DNA of 49,437 nucleotides from Octopus sinensis (lineage: Eukaryota), in assembly GCF_006345805.1 (NCBI RefSeq), contig NW_021834863.1, forward strand, positions 1 to 49,437, in the 5' to 3' direction. This document shows, piece after piece, positions 25,931 to 38,723 of this stretch (positions are counted from its first letter, which is position 1; each line of letters starts with the position of its first letter). Under the pieces are notes generated by a model. The model ran no database searches, was not told the origin of the DNA, and worked only from the letters and a program-made list of their open reading frames with translations. The translations under genes were made by a program, and so were the position numbers.

Positions 25931-27146
25931 AAGTGTCAAGGAAATGAAATAAACTACAACACAAAAATCATGTGCATTTACTTAGCTTATATCTTTTTGC
26001 TGTGTAAGGGTTTTCTCCTCTCTTACTTCAAATGAACATTCTCTTTCAACAAGGTGGTCATATTGATTGTATAATATTTATAATAAAAATCAGAAGTTGC
26101 AAAGCTCATATTTATAAATGCACGAGCAGCTTAAGAAGAGCAGCCACAAACGAGAATCGAAACCATATTGTAATGTGCAACACTTATGTCTTCGAACGAG
26201 CTCATATAACATCTGTGTAGAATCTTTTATAGATGAAACAAGAAAGAAAATTTCGTTGATTTCTGATGAGATGCGAGGACCAAAGATTTTATGGAAGAAA
26301 ATTTGTAAGAGTGACTTTTATATATTTATTGTGGTAAACGAGGTGAATAATGTTTGAGTGAGAACTGAAACCGTGTCACTGTCTCAACTTGCTGAAGGGT
26401 CGAGTAAATGAAGTATGCTTTAGAACATAGTCTGAATGAAATGCATCATCACGTAGTTCTGTATGTATTTGCCTCACGTAAATACACCTGTGGACACACA
26501 CATGTAAACACGTGCAGAAAGTTTGAGATTTTTGACTAAAAATATTTACATATGAATATGTGTATATGCATGTATGTATGTATGTGTATATGTATGCATG
26601 TATGTATGTGTTTATTTGCTTTCACTGAATCCTTCAGTAAGCTGAAAATTTTCGTCAAGTTTGTTTTTCTCCCCCGTTACTTTCACAAAATAGTAAGAGG
26701 TCAAAGCGATTTACGAATCGCCCCCGCCCATTTCATTCTAAAACAACTCACCAAGAGACTCAGGCTTTAATCCTAGGCTTAGCCAACGGATAAGCTCTCT
26801 GTGAACAGGGGTTAATCCGAGTTGACACTAGCAATGAGGATACATTGACACAGCACGCAGCTCCTGTCACCTTCTCAACGGTATATAACCTGTGTGTCTG
26901 TTTATCTCTTTCGATGTGTATCTGCGTGTGCGTGTATGTACGTGTGAGTATATCTGTTTGTATTTGTCAGCGTGCGTTTCTGTATGTGTTTGTGTGTGCG
27001 TTTGTGTGTCTTCGCTTGCGAGTATTGTGCGTAAAGCTGTTGTATTTAATAACCGACCGCTGTTGACACGACCCTGCACACGTGGGGATCAAACACAGAT
27101 CGGTTGAATAGCATAAACAGGCGTGACGAGAATGCATAATCTTTAC

Positions 27147-27253
27147 CTGCAGTGATTTCCAGGCTCAGTTCTCAGATACAAAATATCCGTATATAGCAGA
27201 ACTACGCACACAAAAACAACGGCAAAATCAAAAACAAACTGGATAGTCGCCAT
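27147..27253 (-). CDS. Candidate first coding exon with hydrophobic signal/anchor (MATIQFVFDFAVVFVCVVLLYTDILYLRTEPGNHC, phase 2)
   Basis: AAAATGG start context, a run of about 20 mostly hydrophobic residues and donor CAG|GTAAAG, in unique non-repeat sequence. No homology recognised. Confidence 0.4.
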
Positions 27254-27686
27254 TTTACTTCAAATTATTTTACGTATTGATTGATAGCTGATGACATATT
27301 GATGAATATTTTTACTTATTTTATATTCAGTTTTATTTCTGTTTAAAGTAGGAAGTAGATTCTGTTTAATTCTCTGTCATACAGTCTTGCTATTTGCCAC
27401 ACGTTACTAGAATATTGATGTTTGAAATGTGCTCATTGTGTTTGCTTAACACCACGGGGTGTGCAGAGATATGCAGAAGAACATAGACGTATCCGCCACG
27501 CATGAAATAGCACTTACTATTAACTCCCTAGATACACCACTAACACACACATAGAAGATATATGAATATAAACATGTTTTGGGAGACGTACGTATGTGTG
27601 CGAATGCTTGTGTATACATATATAGTGTTTACAAATATGTACATGTATATATGTATGTATATATGCGTAAGTACACACACGTATAC

Positions 27687-27732
<46 letters not shown>

Positions 27733-27979
27733 AGAGAGAGAGAAAGAGAGAGAGGGGAAGGGAGATAGAGTGGAGAGAGAGTGTACACGTTTCTATACTT
27801 TAGATATATTTGTATGTGAAATTACATGTTTATATTACATATATATACAGACGCCTAAACACTCATATATAAACACACACACCCACATACGCAAATAAAC
27901 ATAAACACAAACAGAAACAACACTTCAATACATATACATATGTACATATGGGTGTGTTGTTACTGTATAACATGTACAA

Positions 27980-28290
<311 letters not shown>

Positions 28291-28689
28291 TGATAGATAG
28301 ATAGATATGTTTGCTCTCGCCCAGTCACACACATACACACGCACATGTGTGTGCGTGAGTGTGTATATATTTCTGTGTGAGTGCGCGCGTGCGTATCTCT
28401 GTGTCCGTGTCCATGCGTCGCTGTGTGTGTATTTTCTATAAATCTGTATAAACAGATCAAATCACACATATACTTCGTTTTGAATATATATCAATTTTCA
28501 ATTTAAATATCATTATTCATTTTATCGCTGTGAACAAATAGCTGCATGTAAACACCTCCGCCTCACACATATGTACACGTACGCGCGCGCACTCATGCGC
28601 ACATGCACACATACACTACATCAAACACTCATACAAACTGAAAAACGTACGCAATAGCATAATAACGTTATATATGACGTGCATACATA

Positions 28690-29515
28690 TTGTTGCAAAT
28701 ATTACTTTGATATCCATGAAAAGACATGTATATATGTAAGCATGTACATATGAATGCATGTATGTATGAGTGTGTATGTATGTGCATATGTGAATGTGTA
28801 TATGTATGCATGTATGTATGTATGTAAGCGTGTATGTATGTATGTATGTATGTATGTATGTATGTATGTATGTATGAATGCTTGTATGTACGTGTGCATG
28901 TATGTGCGCATGTGAGTGTATATATGTATTCATGTATGTATGCATGTATGTATGCATGTATGTATGTGAGTGTGTATGCATGTATGGATGTATATATGTA
29001 TTTATGTATGCATGCATGTATGTGAGAGTGTATATGTATGTATGTATGTGTGTATGCATGTATGTATGTGTATATGTATGTATGCTTGTATGTATGTGTA
29101 TATGTGTGTTTGTGAGTGTGTATATGAATGTATGTATTTATGAATGTGTGTATTTATGAATGTGAGAGTGTATACATATGTATGTATGTATGTATGTATG
29201 AATGTATCTATGTATGTATGTATGCATGTATGTGTGTATGTATGTATGTATGTATGTATGTATGTATGTATGTATGTATGTATGTATGTATGTATGAATG
29301 TATGTATGTATGTATGTATGCATGTATGTATGTATGAATGTATGTGTATGTATACGTTCGTACATTTATATAGGCTTATGCATGTGTGTCTGAACGCATA
29401 CATTTATATTTGTGTTATTAAATATGCGTATGTGCATGCATAGTTATTATTTTTGTTAGTACGTGAATATATGTATATTTGGGTGTATATACGTATACAT
29501 ACATACATACATACA

Positions 29516-29549
<34 letters not shown>

Positions 29550-29563
29550 CATACATACATAAT

Positions 29564-29618
<55 letters not shown>

Positions 29619-29620
29619 AC
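28690..29620. repeat. Large degenerate (TATG)n/(CATA)n/(TA)n microsatellite field
   Basis: Directly visible; source of the MYVC/HTYI ORFs. Confidence 0.95.
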
Positions 29621-29807
29621 GCGAGAAAGAAGCAACAAGAATGGATAGGTTTTTAGTACAATCGTTTCATACAAGGACAGGCTTTATTAAATGTTGCAAA
29701 TCACCCCACATTACTGTATTGTTAAAACAGTATAGTTTTTTTTTGGTGCATCTAAGTTAGGTACCATATTCAAGTAAATTCATTTAAATTAACTTGAATC
29801 TTTATTG

Positions 29808-29852
<45 letters not shown>

Positions 29853-30031
29853 GTATGTATGAATGTATGTATACGTATACACACAGGCACATATGTTTCT
29901 AGAAATATATCAGTATTACATCTTGAAACAGAATTCCACTAGAGTGCATCATATCCGACTTTAGAGCGATATAACCTAATATGCAATGTAGACTAACTGA
30001 ATAAAAGTAATAACAATTCAAAGTATGTATG

Positions 30032-30071
<40 letters not shown>

Positions 30072-30324
30072 TATATTAAATCAGGTCATAACTGTGTTTC
30101 TTGATGCAGGCTAAATTTGAAGAAATACAAGCAAATCCGTCGTAAGCCGGATGTAAATTAGAGAGATTCGAATTTACCCGAGTTATACACGCTCTCGACA
30201 ATAAAGACGTGAACTACGATGTGTCAAGATGCATAGAATAACCGGTACAGAGTACATTAGGAAGTACTGATTCAGATGAAGTTCAAGCTATTAATATAGA
30301 TATTTTCTCATGTATTCTTTCCTT

Positions 30325-30515
30325 CTTTTATTTGTTTCAACCCTTTGACTGTGGCCATGCTACAGCACCGCCTTTAGTCGAACAAATCCACCCCAGGACT
30401 TATTCTTTGTAAGCCTAGTACTTATTCAGTCGGTCCCTTTTACCAAATCGCTAGTTTACAGTGACCTAAACACACCAGCATCGGTTGTCAAGTGATGGTG
30501 GGGCACAAACAGATA
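30325..30515 (-). mobile_element. Family A SINE 3' half
   Basis: tttgactgtggccatgct..ccccaggacttattctttgtaagcctagtac..catcggttgtcaag. Confidence 0.85.
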
Positions 30516-30549
30516 CACAAATACATACAGAAATATATATATATATATT

Positions 30550-30596
<47 letters not shown>

Positions 30597-30711
30597 TATT
30601 ATACATACATATCACATACAATACATACATACATCCATACATCATACAACATACATACATACATACAATATACATACATACATATACATACATACATATA
30701 CATACATACAT

Positions 30712-30900
30712 ATGGGCCATGCTGGGGTACTACCATGAAGAATTTGTAGTCGAATGAATCAACTCCAATATTCACTTTTAAAGTCTGGTACTTACTCCAT
30801 CGGTCTTTTTTTGTCGAACCTCTAAGTTAAGGTACGTACACACACCGAAAGCAGTTGCCAAGCGGTATTGGGAGACAAACACAGATACAAGGACACACAC
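30712..30900 (-). mobile_element. Family A-related SINE 3' half
   Basis: ggccatgctgggg..ggtacttactccatcggtcttt..gaacctctaagtta..gttgccaagcgg. Confidence 0.75.
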
Positions 30901-30999
30901 ACAGTTCGTGAGCTGTGGCCATGTTGGGGGCTCAGCTATTAATTTGGCTAAATTTTCCCTAATCCTCCTTATAGAGGTGACACTTAGACTTTGATGTTA

Positions 31000-31270
31000 C
31001 TACCTGTATTTGAGAGTCTTACCGCAAAGTTGGCTCATCCAGTACTCTATAAATATGGATATAGGTAGATATCTAGAGAAGATCCATTTCTGTTTTGAAG
31101 ACACGTATATATAGGTTAACCCCATATAAATCTCACGCGTCTTTGGGGAGAATATTGAAGAGCTGTGTGCCCTTGAATCACAAGTTATTGCACTATCTGG
31201 TCCTGTATTTTGCTGGTAATGTTGGGATCATTATGCAATGGTGCCCTGTTTTGGGCTTTCGTTGATCAAA
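31000..31270 (-). mobile_element. CR1-like LINE 3' end, degenerate
   Basis: Minus strand reads HCIMIPTLPAKYRTR*CNNL*FKGTQLFNILPK..VFKTEMD. Confidence 0.7.
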
Positions 31271-31577
31271 ACATTACTTGATATAGGACTCAGTATGGAA
31301 TATAGAGTGAAATATACATATTTTAGTATCTGAAGAAAAGGGCACGGTTATTTAAAAGTTATACCTGAATGAATTAGTTACTCTTTATTTTATGAGTGTG
31401 TGTGATGCTAAAATGTGCGTATCCGTGTTTCGTTGTGTGTCTGTGTGTGGCTGTGTGTGTATATGACTATATATGTAAACATGCACACACACACACACGC
31501 ACACATATATATATATATGTGCGTGTGTGTATGTGTGCCCGTATACATACTCACACAGACACATACAGATACATAAT

Positions 31578-31608
<31 letters not shown>

Positions 31609-31631
31609 AACGCACACACACATAGAAATCA

Positions 31632-32865
31632 TTCAAGAGAAAGCGTTGTCTTTTTTGAGGACTTAAAGAAAAATATCCAGACGAGAAAGATGCAGAGCTC
31701 AAAGCAAGTTAAGGCTGGTTCAGGAGATTTAAGGAGTGAAGAAGTTTTCACTTCATTAAGAAGCAAGGTGAAAGTACATCAGCTGTCGAACAAGCAGCAG
31801 GAAATTTCCTAATGCATTAAAGAAAATCATCGAAGAAAACGGGTTTCTTCCTGAACAAATTTTTAACGTAGACAAAACTGGATTGTATTAGAAAATATTC
31901 CCAGACCGTTCATTCATTTCCAAGGAGGGGAAAACTATTCCAGGCTACAAGGTGTCAAAAGAACGTGTGACCATTATGTTGGGAAGTAACTGTGCAGGAG
32001 ATTTTAAGTTAAAGCCATTGCTTGTGTATCACGCACACAAACATCGTGCCTTGAAGAACATAGCCAAAACATCTTTCCCTGTTTTATGGCTGGCTAAGAC
32101 AAAAGCATGGGTTACTGTTGTAGTTTTTGAAGATGGGTTCTTCAATCATTTTATCCCAGCAACAGAGAAGAACTGTAAGGAGAGGAGAATTTCTTTTAAG
32201 GTTTTACTTATCTTAGATAATGCTCCTGGTCACCCGGAAAACATCGTAGATTTTGACCCCAACGTTACCATCATATACCTCCCTCTGAACACCAAGTCTC
32301 TTCTGCAGCCAATGGATTCGGGGATAATTACTATCTTCAAGAGTTACTATATGAAGCGTACGCGACGGCAAGCAATAACTGCAACTGATCTTGATGAGTC
32401 TATCATACTTCGTGACTTTTGGAAGAGATACGATGTCTACAAGGCTGCATAGAATATAGCAGTGGTATGGAATAATGAACAGAGCTCAGTTATAAATGGT
32501 TTATGTAAGAAGCTATGCCCGCAATTCGTGAATGATTTTATGGAATTTGTTAATGTTGCCATCAAAAAAACGTTGGTGACTACGAGTAAAGAACTGGAAA
32601 TGGATTTGAAGGAGGAAGATTTCACAGATTTATTTGGTGTTCGACTGGTATGTTGATTTTTTTGTTCATTTTTATGTCTTGATTATGCATGCACTGACGA
32701 TTAAAATGTGCATTTTGTGCACTAATTATGAAATCATATGATCTGCAGTTGAATCTGTTTTTAAAAGGTTCGCTTCGAGAGTTGCATTCCCTCGCGTTCG
32801 GTACAGTGTGTTTATTATGGTAGTTTTGACTTTAAGAGTCCCTCTTAGCGTGAGGCATTTATGTA
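31632..32865 (+). mobile_element. Tigger/pogo DNA transposon (TIGD1-like DDE_1 transposase relic) with probable right TIR
   Basis: Reads KAS*GWFRRFK..QIFNVDKTGLY..KERVTIMLGSNCAGDFKLKP..LILDNAPGHP..LQPMDSGII. TIR-like ttagcgtgaggcatttatg followed by TA at about 32845-32865. Confidence 0.92.
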
Positions 32866-33001
32866 TAGTAATGCCCTTAATATAAATATTTAAAGGGAGT
32901 AATTAATAAATGTTTCCCTTATGGGGTTTTTTCACGCTAATACTTGATAATTTCTTAAAAGATTTTATCCTATTTTTAAATTGCATATATGTATATATAT
33001 A

Positions 33002-33053
<52 letters not shown>

Positions 33054-33117
33054 GCATGTATGTATGTATGTATGTATGTATGTATGTATGTATGTATGTA
33101 TGTATGTATGTATTTTG

Positions 33118-33272
33118 TGTATCTGTGTTTACGTCCCCGTGGGTTAGCGGTTCGGTAAAAGAAACCGATAGAATAGGTACTAGGCTTAGAAGGACTAAGT
33201 CCTGGGGGCGATTTCTTTGACTAAAGGCGGTGTTCCAGCATGGTTACTTTCAACTGATTGAAACAAGTAAAA
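33118..33272 (+). mobile_element. Family A SINE 3' half
   Basis: gtgtttacgtccccgtgggttagcggttcggtaaaagaaaccgatagaata..tgaaacaagtaaaag. Confidence 0.85.
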
Positions 33273-33336
33273 GAACCCATATATTGTCTATGTATATGCA
33301 TGTGTATATTTAATAATTTAATCTTTGAATAATATC

Positions 33337-34650
33337 CTTAATAAAATTTTCTAAACACATATTTACAAGAGTGATTACAAGATAAAATATGTTCATGTCT
33401 GTCATTAAGAAGTTTCTATTTTGATGTTAAAATTTGATGTATTTCATCTACAATCAAGTTACACCTATTATTAACAATTTTATAAGGTTTAGCATGACGA
33501 AGTATTTGCCATTCAATGTTGTATAATTTCATACTGTCTTTTAACTTCCATATAAACTTGTTTAGTGTGTACTGTTCAACCGTTTCCTGTTCCTATGGTT
33601 TGCAATTCGTTTTTGATAAAATTTTCAGTTGACCCAATGTAAAAATAATTTTTCCCTTCAAATTCAACTCTACATATATATACAAGGTCATTTTGCATAT
33701 AAGAATTATTGAAATAACAGTTATCCTTGAATCTGCAATCACATGTTATAACGACATAATTATCAATCATAGAATTATTCTTATTTCTACTATTTTAAAA
33801 AATGTCCATTTTTGTTTGTTATTAATTGTAGAGATGATTCTAAACAAATTTTTAGATACTGGAAAATCACTTCTGATCTTTTTATAAGTTATTTTATTAT
33901 ATTTATTTTCTTTATTAAAATGCTTAGATATAGATCTGTAAAACAGCTTATGAAAATTAGTTTTTATTTGTCTTGCATAAGGAATAATACACCAAATATT
34001 ATTATCATTTTATTATTTTATTCTTTTATTTGTTTCAGTCATTTGACCGCGGCCATGCTGGAGCACCGGCTTTAGTCGAGCAAATCGATCCCAGGACTTA
34101 TGCTTTGTAAACCTAGTACTTATTCTATCTGTCTCTTTTTTGCCGAACCGCTAAGTTACGGGAACGTAAACACATCAACATCGGTTGTCAAGTGATGGTG
34201 GGGGGGACAATCACAGACACGCAAACATATACACATACGCACACACACATATATAGATATACGACGGGCTTCTTTCAGTTTCCGTCTATCAAATCCGCTC
34301 ACAAGACGTTGGTCGGCCCGATGTTATAGTAGAAGTCACTTGCCCAAGGTGCCTGTGGTTAGGAAGCAAGCTACATACCGCACAGCCACGCCTGCGCTTT
34401 GCTATTTACCACTCAGCCACGCCTGGAATAGACAGTATTAAGTGTATCAAAATCTGCATACGAGGTATACTTTTTGGTCTTAAGCTTAAGCCTAATTTCA
34501 TACAGAATACTATAATTACTACACTTTTTCTTATTCATATTATTACTATTATTCTTATTATAAATAACCTCATTATTATCATAATACAGGTTTAGCGTAT
34601 CTACATAATTGGTATTGATTTTAGAACATACATCTACATTATATTTCATT
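33337..34650 (-). mobile_element. Penelope-like element C-terminal relic (linker plus GIY-YIG endonuclease), split by a SINE
   Basis: Reads NIWCIIPYARQIKTNF..SKHF (cf. WFNPPY..VKTN); CDCR..NC..LVYICRV..FYIGSTENF.KR..H; KFIWKLKD..W.IL..AKPY..RCNL..E; LNDRHE..SCNH..*. Confidence 0.85.
34018..34400 (-). mobile_element. Near full-length family A SINE inserted in the Penelope relic
   Basis: Reverse complement of the 12082 element from tail to head (cagccacgcctgcgc). Confidence 0.92.
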
Positions 34651-35578
34651 CCGCTCTTACTTAGGTTATCCTTAGATTCTGTAATGGTTTATTTATTAAT
34701 TACCGCATCGACCTTTTTATTATTTATATTTTTATGAGATTTACTAATTTTAATTTTATTACTCATGTCTTAGATCCACACATTCCGTTGTCAACCGATT
34801 TACCATTATCATAATGATAATTTTTTATAGTCTATAGGGCCTTGTGCCTAGAGTAGAACAATATTTTTTATAGTCTTCATTTTTATTACAATATACAATC
34901 CTATGCATATATCCCGCTTTTTTAAAGGCAACATTATAATATTCTGCATTATTGTAAAGATTTCCTCATTAAAAGATAAATTTGAAAAACGCCTCGAAAT
35001 ATTATTAACTAAAGTTCATGTAATTACTTAATATATTTCAAAGCACACATTCTCTTTCTGCTTCCAGCTATATTTCCTCACCGCTCTCTCTCTCTCTCTC
35101 TCTCTCCTCTCTCACTCTCCCCCCTCTCTCTTTCCCCCTCTCTCTCTTCCCCCTCTCTATCCCCCCTCTCTCTCAGTTACCCACTCAACACATTTTAACA
35201 CTGGCACGCGCGCACACACCATCTAAATTACAATTAAGAATGGCTGGTTTAACTGCTTTAACAGACTGTGAATGAAAAAGGATTTAGTTTAACTCCCCTC
35301 CACAGGAAAATCTCTATAAATATATCATAATATATACTTTTGAGAGAGTCGGTTAACTTTTTTTTTAATTTGTCTGCTTGTAAGAAACACCATTATATGT
35401 CAAATTAGATATATGATGGTTGCATTTTTTATAAAATATTTTAAGACTTCAGAAGACATTATCATAATGCAAATTCATTATAATATACATTTTATTTTTC
35501 TGCAACTGAGGATTGAACTTCAAAAGCATTTCAGAAGTTGCTCTCTATCCTCTTCCACATATGCTCTCGTATTAGTCA

Positions 35579-35636
<58 letters not shown>

Positions 35637-35711
35637 TACATTTAAGCACATAAGAGATGGCTATAATCGGACATCTAAACCACTAGGAGGAGTAGTTAAA
35701 ATCTAAACCAC

Positions 35712-35734
<23 letters not shown>

Positions 35735-35750
<16 letters not shown>

Positions 35751-36236
35751 TGTAGTTGTGTGAGTGTCTGTCCCCTTCGATTTAGATTCCTAACTACTCC
35801 ACACTTTTGTGCGGTGCAGTTTACCAATTCGGGTATCTTATAGTCGTGATTCATATCGAGCCCGTCTGAGTATTAGCGCGTGTCTACGATGAGTCTACGA
35901 TTTTAAAAATAATTTAACATCATTTTTTATTCCATTTTAATGCATAATTTTTCGTGTGTCGATGGCGGCGGAGTTGGCGTCCATGGTCACACCTGCACCT
36001 GTTTGCTTCTCCCCCTTCTTCCCTCCCTCGTGAAGCTGTGGGGAAGGGAGTGTAAGGAAATCAACGTCGTAAAGCGTTGTCAAGGAGACCAGCGTTCTTT
36101 TAGAACAACGACTTCATGGCTTGAAGACACCAAAACAGAAATGGCTAAGAAAGCCCGAATTGGGAAGTAACTCTCTAAAAATGATTATATAGTTATTTCC
36201 CTTACAAACCTGAGCAACGCCGGGCGATACTGCTAG

Positions 36237-36237
<1 letters not shown>
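35735..36237 (+). mobile_element. Non-autonomous Helitron-like element
   Basis: 5' tatatataaaactg merging into (TA)n; 3' GC-rich hairpin cctgagcaacgccggg (36209-36224) followed by CTAG|T (36233-36237), the Helitron 3' signature. Confidence 0.7.
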
Positions 36238-36273
<36 letters not shown>

Positions 36274-36277
36274 ATTC

Positions 36278-36693
36278 GTTTCTTTTATTTGTTTCAGTCA
36301 TTTCACTGCGGCCATGCTGGTGCACCACCTTCAGTCGAACAAATCGACCCCAGGACTTATTTCTTGTAAGCCTAGTACATATTCTATCGGTTTCTTTTGT
36401 CGAACCGCTAATTTACGGGGACGTAAACACGCCAATCTCGGTTGTCAAGTGACGGGGTGGGGGGAAAAGAGACACAAACATATGCATTTATATATTATTA
36501 TATATATATAATATATATATATATTGACGGACTTCTTTCAGTTTCCGCCGACTAAATCCATTCACAAGGCCTTGGTCGGCCCGAGGCTATAGTAGAAGAC
36601 AGTAGCCCAAGGTCCATGCACTGGCACTGAACCCGGAACCATGTAGCATGTGGTTGGTAAGCAAGCTACTTACCACGCTGTCACTCCTGTGCC

Positions 36694-36694
<1 letters not shown>
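36278..36694 (-). mobile_element. Full-length family A SINE
   Basis: Complete reverse complement from tail tttgtttcagtc to head cactcctgtgcct. Confidence 0.92.
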
Positions 36695-36853
<159 letters not shown>

Positions 36854-37654
36854 GTCGACAACATATACAATGTGTATTTGTCGTTAGTTCCTGGTTGAGA
36901 ATACTTGCTCAATGTGCCTGGTGTAATAAAAAAAACCATCCGCTGGCATTATCCCAACGTTTAATGCCTGGGACAAAATTCAAATATGTATTAGAAGCAG
37001 CTCGAGGTATATAAACAAAATCGGACACACATACACAAAATGTGCGTGTGGTTAGTTCCTGGGTCGGTTGCGTTTTAGACGTAATACTTTCTCAATGTGC
37101 CTGGTATTAAGAACATTTGAAAGTAAGTCATAGGCAGGCGAGACAACTCACATCAAGACCCTTCTCGGAGCGACAGACATCGATGTTCAGTTATTGTGGT
37201 GAATTTTCAATACCGTATACCGAACACGGCCTGCTGCAAGCTATATCGCCAACTATGATTATATGCTAAATGACAAAACATCAGTGTCTTGCGGTTTGGT
37301 TAGCTAACGCATCAAAAGTTCGTGCGTTGAAAGTTGGCTTTTCACAGTTAGACTTCAATCATAGCTCCAAATACATCATAACTCATAGTTTATATTAACA
37401 TCTGTCGGATACTTTTGGTGAAAAATACCTTGCTAAAACTCATTAGGTGACCCGTGAACTAGGTAAATATATTACAGCGTACATATCAATATATCCATAT
37501 GCAGATATACAGACCCAACCCTCCTCTCTTCTTAACTCTCTTTATTGAACCGTGTTCCCTCCACTTGATTTCTAACCCTTCGTCAGTAATTCAGTTTTGG
37601 TTTTCTCCCTATCACTAACCATTCTCTTTTCTCACTATCTTTATGTTTTTGTCT

Positions 37655-37720
37655 TTCTTCTGGTGAAGGACTAATGCTCAAAATGTCAAGGCAGTTTCTC
37701 CTTTCATTAACGTTAAATTG
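37655..37720 (+). other. Degenerate hammerhead-like motif in pyrimidine-rich repeat
   Basis: CTGGTGA-aggac-taat-gctc-AAAATGT..AACGTT-AAA, a mutated version of CTGANGA-AGAGC..GCTC-GAAACGT..AGCGTY. Confidence 0.45.
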
Positions 37721-38450
37721 TTAAGCTAATACGTTTTTGTTAAACTTTCTCTCTCATGTGGTGTCTCTTTTATTGCACATTGTATTGACTTTATGTCTGT
37801 GCGTGTGTGTGTATGCATGCTTGCATTTATGTATGTATGTATGTATGTATGTATGTATGTATGTATGTATGCATGCATGTATGTATGTATGTATGTATGT
37901 ATGTATGTATGTATGTATGTATATGTACGTATATATATATACATATATACATTTATAGATACACACACATGTAAGTATATTTATTGGAAGCTGAAATGTT
38001 CACAATTCGCTTGTGATCAATAGGAACAAAGGAAGCCTGTCTATAATGGAACATGCAGAAAAAATATTTGAAAATTCTTACAAACTTTGACTGGATGCCG
38101 AAAGAAAAGAAATGATTGCATCAATTTCATTAATATAAAGCCACCACAATTTCGAAAAGTCTTTGTGGTGAGAGATAAGGAGACAAACTATATAAAAAGA
38201 AAAAAAAAGAGGAAGATAAATAAAAATAAATTAAGTCTGTGTGCGTGTGGCTATAACTTAATATTTGAATCTTGCACAAATATATGTATATATATATATA
38301 TATATATATAGTCAAGAGTAATATATTTAATGTGTGTACATATATATAGATATAAAAATATATATAGATTATATAAAATATGATATATATATATATATGC
38401 ATATATATATGCATATATATATATATATAATGCATATATATATGCATATA

Positions 38451-38482
<32 letters not shown>

Positions 38483-38612
38483 ACACCCTTACACACATGT
38501 TCACTCACATATACAGCCTTGTGTGCAATTCAATAGATGCAGGAGAATTTATATATGTATTTGTTCGAAGGTAATGATTCACTGTCGAGTTTCCAGGCGA
38601 CAGAAGTTTTCG

Positions 38613-38723
<111 letters not shown>

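Noticed and set aside
11540-26290. Other CTGATGA/CTGACGA hits (e.g. 11567 -, 16723 -, 26263 +)
   Set aside because: No stem II followed by GAAA and no stem III, so not hammerheads.
31632-32640. Possible domesticated TIGD1-like host gene
   Set aside because: It has in-frame stops, a frameshift and no N-terminus, so it is a decayed transposon.
36885-37115. Two short similar segments (ttagttcctgg..aatact..ctcaatgtgcctggt) resembling REL LINE extreme 3' ends
   Set aside because: Under 60 bp each; the homology is too weak to assign confidently.
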